Below the pieces are notes generated by a model, which was not told where the DNA came from, searched no databases, and saw nothing but the letters and a program-made list of their open reading frames with translations. Below, in pieces: positions 49,848 through 60,870 of a DNA stretch of 64,000 bases. Made by a program: the position numbers and the translations under genes. Within the stretch, counting starts at the first letter, position 1. Every line of letters starts with the position of its first letter. Source of the stretch: Carpediemonas membranifera BICM (taxonomy: Eukaryota; Protista; Fornicata). Location: contig JAHDYR010000031.1 in the NCBI GenBank assembly GCA_019828565.1, positions 102,046-166,045 of the forward strand, written 5' to 3'.

Positions 49848-50703
49848 GAGATATGGTCGATTTCTTGTTTTTTTGACTTGGCTAGAGTCGAATTGAAGAA
49901 AAGGAGAGGCTATTACTCAGGGAATATTGCTCGTCAAAGAAAAGCAAGCAAGGCCGCGAGGTATGGCCACCCGACCTACAAGATGGGCTGGGTGTCATCG
50001 CGTAAGGACGACCGGTCGTGCGCGGTCAACGCTGACAAAACTTAGCGATTCAGAGAAATAAATGGCGCCACCGTATTCAGCACAAGACAGTGAACTCAGC
50101 TATATGTTTTTTCTCAGTATATTTACCCAGCGGCTGATCCCACAGTTTAAGGACGGGTATTAGCCTGCACTTTGCATGAAAAAATTATGCCTGAACACGA
50201 CCAATTATCCAAAACACAGCATTTAGCATGCAACAGGAGCTGGAAGCAGCTGCAACATCTATTCTAGGCCATTCCACAACCATTACGCAAGAAATTGACG
50301 CAATAGAGGCCATTCAGTCCCATTACTTCATAGATTCACGCTTGAACGATATTACGAGCCTTATCAGGCGAGAAACAAGAAAGCTGAACGCGATTGGTGA
50401 CTCCTTTCTCGCTGAGACATATGCAGCATACTGACAGCCACGACACGCCATTAAGCTTACGTCAGGGAGCGCCATCGCCAAGCAAGTAAATTGAGCTGTA
50501 TACGACCACCAGAGACGGACGTATGAGTCAGAACGGTGTGCTACCGGAATACGCAGGGTGTTTTGTGCCCTGTTGATTCCAGGAGCACGCTGTCCTGGGT
50601 CACACAGGATTATCACATAATCACTGAGCAATCGGGCTCATGGTACATTGTTTCATTGGATCTATCTTCATGAAAATATGTTTGAAAAGATTCAATTGTA
50701 TCT

Positions 50704-51939
50704 TTACTGCTCCGACTGTTGAACCACCGACTTGAAGTTCTCAAGGCAATCGTCACAAAGACGGATCTTGGGAATATTCACGCCGTCAATGACGACCTTC
50801 ACGGCAGTGGTGCCCATACAGCCCTTGTTACCACAGAACCAGTGCCCACACATCCGACAATGATATACCGAGGCGTTCTTCTGGCATGCGAAACAAGTCT
50901 TCTCCTGGACACAAGCCTGGCATGTGAACTTCCACGAGGCCTTCTTTCTGTTGGCTTCTTTCGTCCAGTTGGCAGTCTTAGAACATTTCTCCGGACGAGC
51001 AGGCACGCAAACGGAATTGTCATGAAAGTTCCTGCCGCACTCTCCACACGAGACAAACTTTGACGTGTTGAGATTGCCAACCCAGTCCAAGCTGTGGCAA
51101 TGGCCGCAACAGAAGGCAAGCATCCTCTTCTGCAAGTCAAGGAGGTTCTCTCCATCATCGTCAGAGTCTGAATCTGCGGTTACCGGCCGTTCTTTGAGCT
51201 GAGAGAGATCTTCCGACATGCGCTGTGTCATGCGATGGACGTCATCGAGTAGCATGACGTCACGCTTAGAGATAGACTCAGAGGGTCGAACGGGGTCAAC
51301 CTTCACCTCCTGCTTCACTTGCGGCACGGAATGGGGGATTTCTGCTGTCTTGAAAAACGTCTTCGTCCGACCAGTAAATATGTCGGGTGCCGAAAGGTCC
51401 ACCAGATTAAGGGACAGAGGACGCGAATCAAAATTCTGGGGGACGTCCAGGCCAACTCTCGTGAAAATCTTCTTCATCGCGGTCAGAAGCTCCGATCGCA
51501 CCGGGTTGGGGGCCCGAGAGAGGTTATGAAACACTCTCGAAGGAGCCTGATCAGAAATGCCGATGTTGCAGTGGCAAGACTGGGTTGCCCACTCCTTAAC
51601 ATGCCCAATGACAAGCCTACCCTGCGATACAGCCGTGAGGGACTTGATACCATCAAAGAATGTCGGATCAGGGTGGCAGGGCTGCAAGTACACCGAGATG
51701 ATGTGATTGTAGGCATTCGCCACCTTACGGACAGATAGACCAGTCATATCCGTTCCAAACACATCAACGGTGATGCAAAAGAATGCCTTGAGCATACCAA
51801 TCATGAGAGCCGACCTGCATTCGCTCTTTGCGGCGTCATTCCACCTGACCATCGGCTTGCGTTTCTGAGAGTTCGTCTCTCGGGTGTCCGGAGTAGTTCC
51901 TTCATTTCCACGCTTCATCTCTAGTTCCGTGGCTGGCAT
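50704..51939 (-). CDS. PHD/Cys-rich zinc-finger protein
   Basis: CGHC...CGECGRNFH...C...CQAC, CFAC...CRMCGHWFC...CDDC. Confidence 0.75.
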   Translation of the reverse strand: MPATELEMKRGNEGTTPDTRETNSQKRKPMVRWNDAAKSECRSALMIGMLKAFFCITVDVFGTDMTGLSVRKVANAYNHIISVYLQPCHPDPTFFDGIKSLTAVSQGRLVIGHVKEWATQSCHCNIGISDQAPSRVFHNLSRAPNPVRSELLTAMKKIFTRVGLDVPQNFDSRPLSLNLVDLSAPDIFTGRTKTFFKTAEIPHSVPQVKQEVKVDPVRPSESISKRDVMLLDDVHRMTQRMSEDLSQLKERPVTADSDSDDDGENLLDLQKRMLAFCCGHCHSLDWVGNLNTSKFVSCGECGRNFHDNSVCVPARPEKCSKTANWTKEANRKKASWKFTCQACVQEKTCFACQKNASVYHCRMCGHWFCGNKGCMGTTAVKVVIDGVNIPKIRLCDDCLENFKSVVQQSEQ

Positions 51940-52013
51940 TAGATGATCTTCTCGAAGTCACGCATTTTTAGGATTTTTAGAATCTTTAGAATTCTTGAAA
52001 GAGCGACTGACAG

Positions 52014-54569
52014 ATGGCGCTTCAACTGAAGTGGAAACTGTCTAACGGATCTATCTATGCTCCGGAGGGCACTGATGACATCAATACCATCCTTTGCAGC
52101 GTCTGGCTCTCGATTGACGCAGTGGATCGCCGTATTAACGGATTTGATACCTCCAAACACCAGCAAAGGCTCGAGCTAGCCCGCATCGCGCAGGAACTAA
52201 TCAATATCGGCGCTGTATCGCGTGAGGCTATTTCTAGCAATCTCTACCCAGCGCCATCATCCACTAGCATCTCAAAGGAGAAGAAGGCACACCGCTCTGG
52301 TCCCAGTCACCTTTACGTTGGTGCATATGTTCTGCATTCTGATAGCGTCGGCCTCGAGGCAGAGAATGCTCGTCTACGAAAGCGTATTGCTGACACTGAA
52401 CGTCTTCTGCAGGTGTCCAACGAGCTCAGGGCCATCACGATCGGCGTGAATGCAGTCAATGACGAGATTCACATCATGCAAGCCCTTGCACAGAGACTCA
52501 ACCTTGACATTATCAACATCAATCAGGTCACAAACCAAGTCAAGTCGCTTCAGTGCAGCATTCGGAACATCGCAGACGTTGAGACCATTGTCAAGTCGCA
52601 TAGGAACTTGAAAAAGGCCCTAAAGGGCTACATACCCATGGCGATCACTCAAGAGACACGAGCAAAGAGGACGGACAAGGATCACCGCGAGTATGACCTC
52701 GACCTGATTACCCACGTCGACGCAGACCTCGAACAAGTCAACGCTACATTCGACGGCGACGACTATAACACTGAAGTGCTCAGAGGTACGACGGTGTGCA
52801 TCTTCTACGAATCGGCAATGAAGCGAAGTGCACATTATGACGTGATGAAGAGAGCCGGTCTCAACCCGCGTCTCCAGTCTAGCGGCAGGTATTCCCATGT
52901 GCAACACGCTGAGTTTGACCTCATGCGGTACTATCGCCAGGCGGTGGCTTCGCCTATCGATCTCGAGACGTCAAGGGCTGCTCGTAAGAACGTGGGCAAG
53001 CAGTTGACAGCGCAGACTCAAGCTGAAGAGACTCAGACAGTGCCGCTTGATCTTCTCGTCTGGGTCGATGGATGGCGAGGGTTGACTACATCTGTGAAGG
53101 TTCGGTTTGTCGATATCTCCGGCAAAGTCTTCCCGTCAGGCGGAACACCACCCTTCCGCATACTCGAGTACAACGGACCAGAGAAGCGCATTGGAGAATT
53201 CTTCGACTTCATCGAGCGCTCAGTCGAGAGTACCCATCGCGAGGCACTTGAGGTGAGAAATACCGGTCTCCTGTGCCGTGTCACCCGCGTTATGTTCATC
53301 GCAGACCACCCAGCGATGTCAAAAGTCTGTGGAACCTTGATTGGCGGCAGCTATCCCTCTCCATTCAGTTCGGTACATGTTGACAATAAGGCCTGGAGCC
53401 CATTCGGTCTTACCCCACGAAACACGATTGCAGACGTGATGTATGCGAAGAAGATGTCTGTTGAGGACAAGACAGTCCTGGATAGAGAGAAGAAGTGGGG
53501 GTCGTTCTACAACAAGAAGAATAAGTGCATCATGCCCAGCCTATTTGAGAACTCGGATGACCCAACTCTCGATAGGGGCAAAATCTTCCTTGTCCCGCCG
53601 ATCATGCACCTCAGTCATGACTTCGTCTCCTTGATACACAACATTTGTCGGATGTTCAAGCCAATTGAGGTCGACCCAGACTCTACCCCGGAGGAAATCA
53701 AGACCAAGAAGGCCAGAAACGCTGACCTCGCCAGGCTGGCTAAGTTTGAACCTCCCAGTCGCACGACTGGCTGTAATGAGCAAGTGAAGGGGAGGAAGAT
53801 GATCGCGTCAATTGGAAACAGTCTCTACATGGCATTCCCTCCCCCCGTTCAGCCACTTTTCAGACTCTTTGCCTACCTGCAAGAGCATTATTACTCTCAC
53901 GAGGAGGCCACAGATGACATTATCACCTGGCATCGACTGACAGCGTTGCTTGTTCACCTCTTTTCACTGACAATGTGTCTGAACACGACCAGCACCGTGT
54001 CGGAGTCTATTCCAATCCGGCCGCCGTCTAAGGTAGCCAAGAAGGCTCCCTCCATCGACACACTTCATGGCTTAGCGCGAGTTGCTGTGTTGCCGGAGAT
54101 TCAGTCAAAAATCCGAGTCCCACTTGGCCGGATCATTGAGGAGTCATTCGAGCGCGACTTTATTGGCAATCAGGACAGTAGAGTACACTTAAGGCGCAAC
54201 CAGATGGTCCTTGAGAGAACGATATTGAAGGAGCAGGTCGAGTTGTTTTACCGATTCCTCCGTGGCGTCGTCTCGTATGGGCGACAGTCAACAGACGTTC
54301 CCCACCAAATACGTCTGAAGACAATGCGCGTTCATCGCTGCTGCAAGGACGCCAAACACTGGATCCGTATTCGGAGCGAGGGCACTGGAACATTGGACGA
54401 GGGAGACTGTCAGAAACTGTTACCTCTGTTTGAAGGTCAAGTGGATGGTCTATGGAAGAAGGTGTTGAGGCAGGTAGGGCTCGTGTTTGACGGGCAATGG
54501 TTAGACATCGATGTCCATGAGGAAGGAGAGATCTCACTGGATGTGTGCATCTGTGGCAAGTATGAGTAA
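52014..54569 (+). CDS. DDE transposase-like protein of the RAG1/Transib/Chapaev (CMC-related) type
   Basis: LLVWVDG (D1), MFIADHPAMSKVCG...SYPSPFS (D2; CxxC replaced), LVPPIMH, IEESFER (E). Confidence 0.6.
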   Translation: MALQLKWKLSNGSIYAPEGTDDINTILCSVWLSIDAVDRRINGFDTSKHQQRLELARIAQELINIGAVSREAISSNLYPAPSSTSISKEKKAHRSGPSHLYVGAYVLHSDSVGLEAENARLRKRIADTERLLQVSNELRAITIGVNAVNDEIHIMQALAQRLNLDIININQVTNQVKSLQCSIRNIADVETIVKSHRNLKKALKGYIPMAITQETRAKRTDKDHREYDLDLITHVDADLEQVNATFDGDDYNTEVLRGTTVCIFYESAMKRSAHYDVMKRAGLNPRLQSSGRYSHVQHAEFDLMRYYRQAVASPIDLETSRAARKNVGKQLTAQTQAEETQTVPLDLLVWVDGWRGLTTSVKVRFVDISGKVFPSGGTPPFRILEYNGPEKRIGEFFDFIERSVESTHREALEVRNTGLLCRVTRVMFIADHPAMSKVCGTLIGGSYPSPFSSVHVDNKAWSPFGLTPRNTIADVMYAKKMSVEDKTVLDREKKWGSFYNKKNKCIMPSLFENSDDPTLDRGKIFLVPPIMHLSHDFVSLIHNICRMFKPIEVDPDSTPEEIKTKKARNADLARLAKFEPPSRTTGCNEQVKGRKMIASIGNSLYMAFPPPVQPLFRLFAYLQEHYYSHEEATDDIITWHRLTALLVHLFSLTMCLNTTSTVSESIPIRPPSKVAKKAPSIDTLHGLARVAVLPEIQSKIRVPLGRIIEESFERDFIGNQDSRVHLRRNQMVLERTILKEQVELFYRFLRGVVSYGRQSTDVPHQIRLKTMRVHRCCKDAKHWIRIRSEGTGTLDEGDCQKLLPLFEGQVDGLWKKVLRQVGLVFDGQWLDIDVHEEGEISLDVCICGKYE

Positions 54570-54641
54570 AGAATGAAAACATGATTGGTAGTTATAGATC
54601 GCGAGAATAGGCATTCTCATCTGCATTGCGGAGAAAAGGAG

Positions 54642-54829
54642 TTGATGTTGTTAGTGATTTTCTAGAGTACAGCACCAGTTTCGGTAATAGGGGGACAAAC
54701 GAGCGCAAACAACTACATGGCTCCGAACTACACGCGTTTCGGCGTTGATATTGGTTATTAAATGCACTGCTGGTAGCATATTGAGGGATTTCGTCATTGT
54801 ACTCGAATGCACAAGTGTGCATTTTATGC
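54642..54829 (+). repeat. Non-coding block X; inverted diverged homologue at 61316-61505
   Basis: Shared tctagagtacagcaccagtttc, gagcgcaaacaactacatggctcc and gatttcgtcattgta. Confidence 0.85.
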
Positions 54830-55032
54830 TCGCAACGAGATTAAAATGGCGAACTTAAGACCCAAGACACATGCCGCGTACGAGGAAGGATATCATCTCC
54901 GGCGAACTGGAATTTACCTCGTTCATTTACTTCTGATGCCTTTTCTGCTCTCTCTTCTCCAGCACCTCTGCCATCTCGAGACCTGTCAGCAGCATTGATC
55001 TCATTCCTGCATCACAGAAAGTATCAATCTCT

Positions 55033-56328
55033 TTACGTCCGCTCAATCATCGCAATAAACTGCCTGTGCAGTCTTCCGCGCACACCTTTTGCGCACTTAT
55101 TGGTGCTCACCTGCCTGTATCCCTTGTGGCATGTGTCACAGCTGACGTTCTCGCGTCCATGAAGGTCTCTACCACACACTATGCAGCGCCGATAGAAGAC
55201 TTGACCCTCAAACCCTCGCTGACAGCAGTCGGTCAGTCTCTTTCGCTGAGCTGCAGACAGGGTGACCTCTTCTGTATCATCTAACAGAAGCGGACTCGGC
55301 TTGGCGACGCATTCATGCACGCGCATGATGACCTTGAGCTTGTCAAGACATTCGGCAGCAGTGGGACGCTTCGCAGGGTCGAAGTGGAGCATCTGCATTG
55401 CCAGGTCGTACAGGCTGAGACAAGTAGGTGGCGTGGTGCCGCGAATCGGGAGCTCAGAGTTCACGTTGACACACTCGAGGCAATCTTTGAAATGTGTCTG
55501 TGCCTGAGGTGACAACTGCAACTGCCCACCATAGAATTGGCACCAGTTCAGCAAGCTACCAAGCTTCAGCATCTTCTTCTTCTTCTTGTTGTCGATCTGC
55601 GCCATGTTTGCACCCATGTCAGTCACCTTCGCGGCAAAGGGGGACTTGGGGAGACCGTAAAAGAGCATCAAAATGACTACACCGCAAGAGTAAATGTCCG
55701 ATGCAGGTGTCACGACATAAGAAGTGACGGAAAGAGCCCCTGCCGTCATGCGCGCGAGCTTGGAGGTGTCGCGTGCAGCAGTAATCACTGAGCGCGAGAC
55801 AAGGTACTCGTAGAACAGCTCTGGGGGCAAATATCCATGGGTGCCGCGATACTCGGATACAAATCTCAGTTGTATGGCCCACCTGTCGTCGCCATTAGCC
55901 GGCTTCCTCATTGCAGACCCAAAATCAATGAGGTATCCCTTCTGACTCTTGCTGAAGAGGAAGTTGTCTGGCTTAATATCGCAATGGACAACCCCGTGGT
56001 CATGCATGTAGCATACTGCCTGCAGCAGATGCGAAACATAGCGGAACTGCACGCTGGAGTGAGCCTGGCAGATGTCAGCGAAGGGGGTACAGTTGACCAA
56101 AGGAGCCATGAAGGCTGGATCACGGTCGACAAAACCTGTATCGACGACAGGGAGGACATGCGGACTGTCCTTGAGCGCTAGCAGGGTGGGAACCTCCATA
56201 TCATAATGCTCATCAACTTTGATCACGACCTGCAGCTTTTCAGGTTCAAAGTCGTGCAGATATTGTCTACTATTACCAGGTAAGGAAGTAAGTCGCTCCA
56301 GCTTGTCGCTATCTAGCTCGAACACCAT
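55033..56328 (-). CDS. Ser/Thr protein kinase with a C-terminal Cys motif
   Basis: VVIK, HCDIKPDN, DFG, GTHGYLPPE, SDIYSCG, DPAKRPTA. Confidence 0.9.
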   Translation of the reverse strand: MVFELDSDKLERLTSLPGNSRQYLHDFEPEKLQVVIKVDEHYDMEVPTLLALKDSPHVLPVVDTGFVDRDPAFMAPLVNCTPFADICQAHSSVQFRYVSHLLQAVCYMHDHGVVHCDIKPDNFLFSKSQKGYLIDFGSAMRKPANGDDRWAIQLRFVSEYRGTHGYLPPELFYEYLVSRSVITAARDTSKLARMTAGALSVTSYVVTPASDIYSCGVVILMLFYGLPKSPFAAKVTDMGANMAQIDNKKKKKMLKLGSLLNWCQFYGGQLQLSPQAQTHFKDCLECVNVNSELPIRGTTPPTCLSLYDLAMQMLHFDPAKRPTAAECLDKLKVIMRVHECVAKPSPLLLDDTEEVTLSAAQRKRLTDCCQRGFEGQVFYRRCIVCGRDLHGRENVSCDTCHKGYRQVSTNKCAKGVRGRLHRQFIAMIERT

Positions 56329-56492
56329 GCACAGGTAGCTGTGTGAAATTCGGTCTTAAAGTGCATTTCGCGACAGCTAGCTGTGCGTCGCAACGAGAGA
56401 AGTAGCAGTGGAAAACAAGACAGGACTGGCTTATGAATGGTGTTTATGGACATCAGCTATGCTCCAATCATAAACTCTTCCTCTTTACAATG

Positions 56493-57725
56493 TCAGATGA
56501 AGGAAAAGACGATACTGTCGGCAGTATCGCTCTCTGAGCGCTCCTCATCAATCACGTTCTCTTGAATCTCCCCATCACCATCTCTGCCCGCCACCTCCCC
56601 GCCATGCTCGTCGTGGTCGATCTTTGGTTCCTCATCGGCACTCTTGCATAAGTCCACCTCCTCACCAAAGGCGCTCTCCTCGCGAGCTGGCACCTCGTAG
56701 TGCATCCACTCTGCCTGGTAAGCTGGCTCGTCGGACACCGCCTCCTCGTCAGTATCGCCCTCTCTCTCGCCCTCTGGCATCTCTGTCTCGCGAGTCGGCG
56801 AGCCGAACTCCGCCTCCTTGTCAGCCTCGCTTTGCCTCTCTTTCTTCTTAGTATCGTGAAGCTCGATCATTCTGGCCTTGAGCCTGTTGTAAAGCCAGTC
56901 ATCGAGCATCGGCGGCACCAGGTCGGCAGAGCTTCGGATCTCCGGGTTGAGATCGAGGATCGTTGGGCGCCGCGTGGTCGTTAAGTGACTGGACGCCAAC
57001 TGGTGCCTGAACTGCTCATCGGTCAGGCTGATGCGCTTGTCCTTAATGACCTTCTGAGGCTTCTCCTGCGGTCTGCCGCGGCGCTCTAGCGTGCCGATAG
57101 ACTGCATCCTATCGGTGGACACGTCGATCCGCTGCGCAAAGCGAAGCATGCGAACCGTCAACCCCTGAACCTTGAGCGCCTCCGATACAGCACTGGCCTG
57201 CGGGAATCCCGATTTGAGCGTGCCAAAGCCCATCCAGCTCGGGCACGAGGTAAGGTCTATCGCATCGGGGAGATTACCTTGGAGATACGAATACTCCCAG
57301 CCCGTCTGGTTGAGCAGAATGGCAATGGCGCCATACGGGCTGGGGAGACTCTCAACTGATGCAGGCGACACCTCTTCCTCCTCTTTCCAGGACAACGGCT
57401 TCGCGGGATGTGGCAAGTCGAAGTTCCGGAAAGACTGAACAGCCGAAACGATCCTCTTAGCCATAGCAGGCGTCTTTGTAGCGAAATAATGCGCCAAATA
57501 AGTCGTAACGTTGTCGCTTCGGACAATCTCGATGCCCTTCTGCATTTCAGCGCCTGTTTCCTGGCAAATGCTGGCCAAAACGTCCTCCAGGTGCTTCTTG
57601 TACACACTACGCGTCTTCACTGAACCTCTATCAGACCAGCGCTTAACAATATCGTCGTTATTTGCAGCTAGAACCTCCATAACACGAGTTTTCTGTTGGT
57701 ATTGCAATTTCAGAATTTCGTACAT
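56493..57725 (-). CDS. Degenerate tyrosine-recombinase-like protein with an acidic tail
   Basis: SVKTRSVYKKHL (integrase core-binding-like), AIAILLNQTGWEYSYL (box I, no Arg), LTVRMLRFA (box II-like). Confidence 0.4.
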   Translation of the reverse strand: MYEILKLQYQQKTRVMEVLAANNDDIVKRWSDRGSVKTRSVYKKHLEDVLASICQETGAEMQKGIEIVRSDNVTTYLAHYFATKTPAMAKRIVSAVQSFRNFDLPHPAKPLSWKEEEEVSPASVESLPSPYGAIAILLNQTGWEYSYLQGNLPDAIDLTSCPSWMGFGTLKSGFPQASAVSEALKVQGLTVRMLRFAQRIDVSTDRMQSIGTLERRGRPQEKPQKVIKDKRISLTDEQFRHQLASSHLTTTRRPTILDLNPEIRSSADLVPPMLDDWLYNRLKARMIELHDTKKKERQSEADKEAEFGSPTRETEMPEGEREGDTDEEAVSDEPAYQAEWMHYEVPAREESAFGEEVDLCKSADEEPKIDHDEHGGEVAGRDGDGEIQENVIDEERSESDTADSIVFSFI

Positions 57726-58918
57726 ACAAAATTATCAAATACTTGGATTCGACCTAAACTTGGCTCAGATCCGCAATCCTGAGCTGGAGTGGGTTCATGG
57801 GAACTTTTAAAATTTTAAAGTAGTCATGAACATCCAAATTCTAAGACAATCTCCGGTACTGGAAGTAATTCTGAAATAGCAATACCAACACAAGTTATAT
57901 TTCTGAAAACCGAATACACGGTGATACTGTTATCTATTAGCTCCAGTAGGGACCCAGGCCAGGTTTTGTACACCCTACCCGCTTGCCTCGGAATTCGGAC
58001 ATGCCGAAATTCTGAAATTCGAATACCACCGCCCATTTTTGACGTATGAGATCAGTATCCCATGCCAAACCTCAGGACGGCATTCGTGTACCTTTTCCTG
58101 CCCTGTATCCATTATATAACCACCCAATTTCCTTTCACAATGTGCACTTTATGCTCGCAACGAGACTGAAATGGCGAACTTAAGAATAGAAAGAATACTG
58201 GCAGCTTAACGTAGTAGGCATGCACATATCACTAAGAAACATCAGTAAGCGAGCGCAGAGCATCATTAAAGCAACAATTATCCCTAAACAACATCAACAA
58301 CTATAAGTCCACTAGGACCATACGATATGAACTATAAATGAACCACAGAGCAGTATAGATGATTTGAGAGTACCAGGCATGGCCAGAATACCGCAATACT
58401 CGTCCGTTGATCCATGTGACCTCCATCTTGGTCGGTATCCAGAGAACGCCCGTCAGACGCTTGCAACGGAACATTTAGGGGGTGCATCCTGAATGGGGCC
58501 AGATTTGAGGGACCCTTGGTCTGACATGCCATGACCGAGTACTCTAGGGGCCTCCACAGTGCGTCCCGAGGTACGTTAGAGCACCACAGACCTTCCCCCA
58601 AAAGCTGACTCCTGGACCCCTTGGCCGGAGCTCGCCCGAAGCGTGCCTCGGCTTGAACTAACGGCAAGAGAGCATAAAATCAGCCCTTTCGAACCGTGTT
58701 TTATGCTCTGCTGCCGTTATAGAATTATTCAAAGGGCCCTCTCTTTGCGCTTTTTTCTGGTTCGTGGGACGAAGTAGGGACGGACAAAAAAGCACATACG
58801 GAAGGTATTGGAGGTACTGAGGCCGCCTAGGTACATAGTTGCCGTGAGGATGGTTTCAGTTTATTACTTTTGGCACTCTATGTCCATTTTTTATGCTCTC
58901 TTGCTGATAGTGCCGAAA

Positions 58919-60870
58919 ATGGACTTGCTAAAGTGGATTGAGAGCGCTAGCAAGGAACAGTACGATGCGATATTGGCTGCATACACCAAGGCAACCACCA
59001 ATCATGCCAAATGTGCTGTTCTTCGCGCGGTTTTGCTGGATGAACGGAAACTGCTCGATCTAGTGATCAGGAAGCGTTTGTAGTCATAGCAATGCTTATA
59101 TAGGAATCAACCTGAACCATATCACCACGAAATTCCGCCTCACGAAGGACGAGAAGGAGGAGCTCCAGGATAAGTTGAAGAAGCAGTTTATGGCACTCGC
59201 CGGACCAAGAAGTTCAAGAAGCTCGGCGCGCTGGCGAAGTGGGTTGACGACAACCAGGCTGATATCGTGTATAGCCAGGAGAAGCGCAAGGCGCGTAAGG
59301 CCATTATTGAGGCCATTGACGCCGAGGAGAAGGACAAGGGCAAGGGCAAGGCCGAGAGCGCTAAGAAAGAACCCGTCGACGATGAGAGTGGCGTGGACAG
59401 TGGTGAAGAGCGGCGTCGACGATTCTGAGTTGTGCGACAGTGAGAGTGAGGTGGACTTTGACAACGAGTCCGACGATGAGATTAGAGAACGCGCGATCAA
59501 GCGCCGGCGCGAGAAAAGATCGCCCAGAAGCTCAAGGAGTGGGAGGACAATAACGCTCGCAACTACGTCCTGTGGCATAGAGTCCAGAAGGAGGTGCACG
59601 GCGAGCTTCGCATTCGCGCCTCTCGAGAGTCAGCTTCGGTTGCTGGGGACAACCACGTCGACGTCCAGTTCGACAGATACCTTCGCGTATCCAAGCTGCT
59701 CGAAATGAAGGACTGGATTCACAAAGACCTCCCATCTCTTCCGATGGAGGCACGAGTGCTCCATCACAAGGCGCATGAAGAGAGTACTCGAGCTGGAGGA
59801 GACCGTCACGAGGCTGCTGCAAGACGTGGGATACGCAGCTGACATCTCCATGGTGCCAGCCCGACACCCGCGCCGTTTCGCCGCGACCTACCCCAGTCGG
59901 GCACACACCAAGCACGAACGAGTACCCCCACCGTGCAGGGAAGAGCGACACAATCCACATGAAGCGCAAGGCCCTCATGACAATCCCTCGAAGATCGCTG
60001 ATGTCGATAGCAACTCAGAGGAGTCAGACGAGGAGGAGATGGTGACAGAGGAGAAGAAGCGCGAAGGCACACGAGGGAGCTGGTGACAGAGGAGAGGAAA
60101 AGGGTGACGGAGTCACATGGGGAGGACGTGACCGTCGACGCCTGCATCCAGAGCTACAGGCCGAAAGGCCAGAGCCAGAGGAGACTCGGAGGAGGAGTCA
60201 GAGGGAAGAGGAGCCAGTGGAGGAGGTGAGGCAGAGGAGGAGAGGAGCAGGAGGAACAGATGGCTGATGAAAGCTGAGAGTCAGAAGAGTGAGAAGCGTA
60301 GAGGCAAAGATAAGAGGCAGAAGAGCAGGGGCAACAGCGAGGTGGCATTCGAGGCTGAGTCGGACGTTGAATATGTCCAGGTCGACCACGTCGACCCAGC
60401 TTCGAAGCAGATGAGGAGCAGGGAAGTCAAGTTTAGAGTTGACGTCGCCAATCAGCTGGAGGAAAGAGCAAGCAGTGGGTCAGATGCAAAACCCCTGCCC
60501 GGCAACTGTATAACACTGCCTCACTGATGATCGAGGCGTCCACGGAGCCTCATGCGTTCAAGAGCTGGGAGACGATGACGAATGAAGAGCAGTGTGCAGC
60601 GGAGACAAGGCGGACAACTACCGCGAGCAGATATACAAGGAAGCGATAGAGATGAACCGGCGGGCCACTCCGGGGTACAGGCGGCCCGAGGGAAGGTCTC
60701 CGGGACAGGCACTCCGTGGGGGTGTGCAGTGTAACGCACTGTCGCGGAGGAGGAGCACCAGCATCGGTAGAAGCCAATCATGTGCAGGAGAAGTGGTTAA
60801 CTCAGTGAGCATGTTGAAGCCACGAGCTCATGTGGCTACGAAAGTCCGTTGCGCTTTACCTCCGTATTTG
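58919..60870 (+). pseudogene. Frameshifted paralogue of 47919-48746 with an E/K-rich extension
   Basis: KCAVLRAVLLDERKLL versus KCSLLRKFLLPDDKIL; HVDVQFDRY versus PVDVQFDRI; 28-nt intron at 59076-59103 in the same position. The 3' limit is approximate. Confidence 0.6.

Noticed and set aside
58136-58142. CACAATG, a Transib/RSS-heptamer-like terminus
   Set aside because: Not present at the other Y copies.
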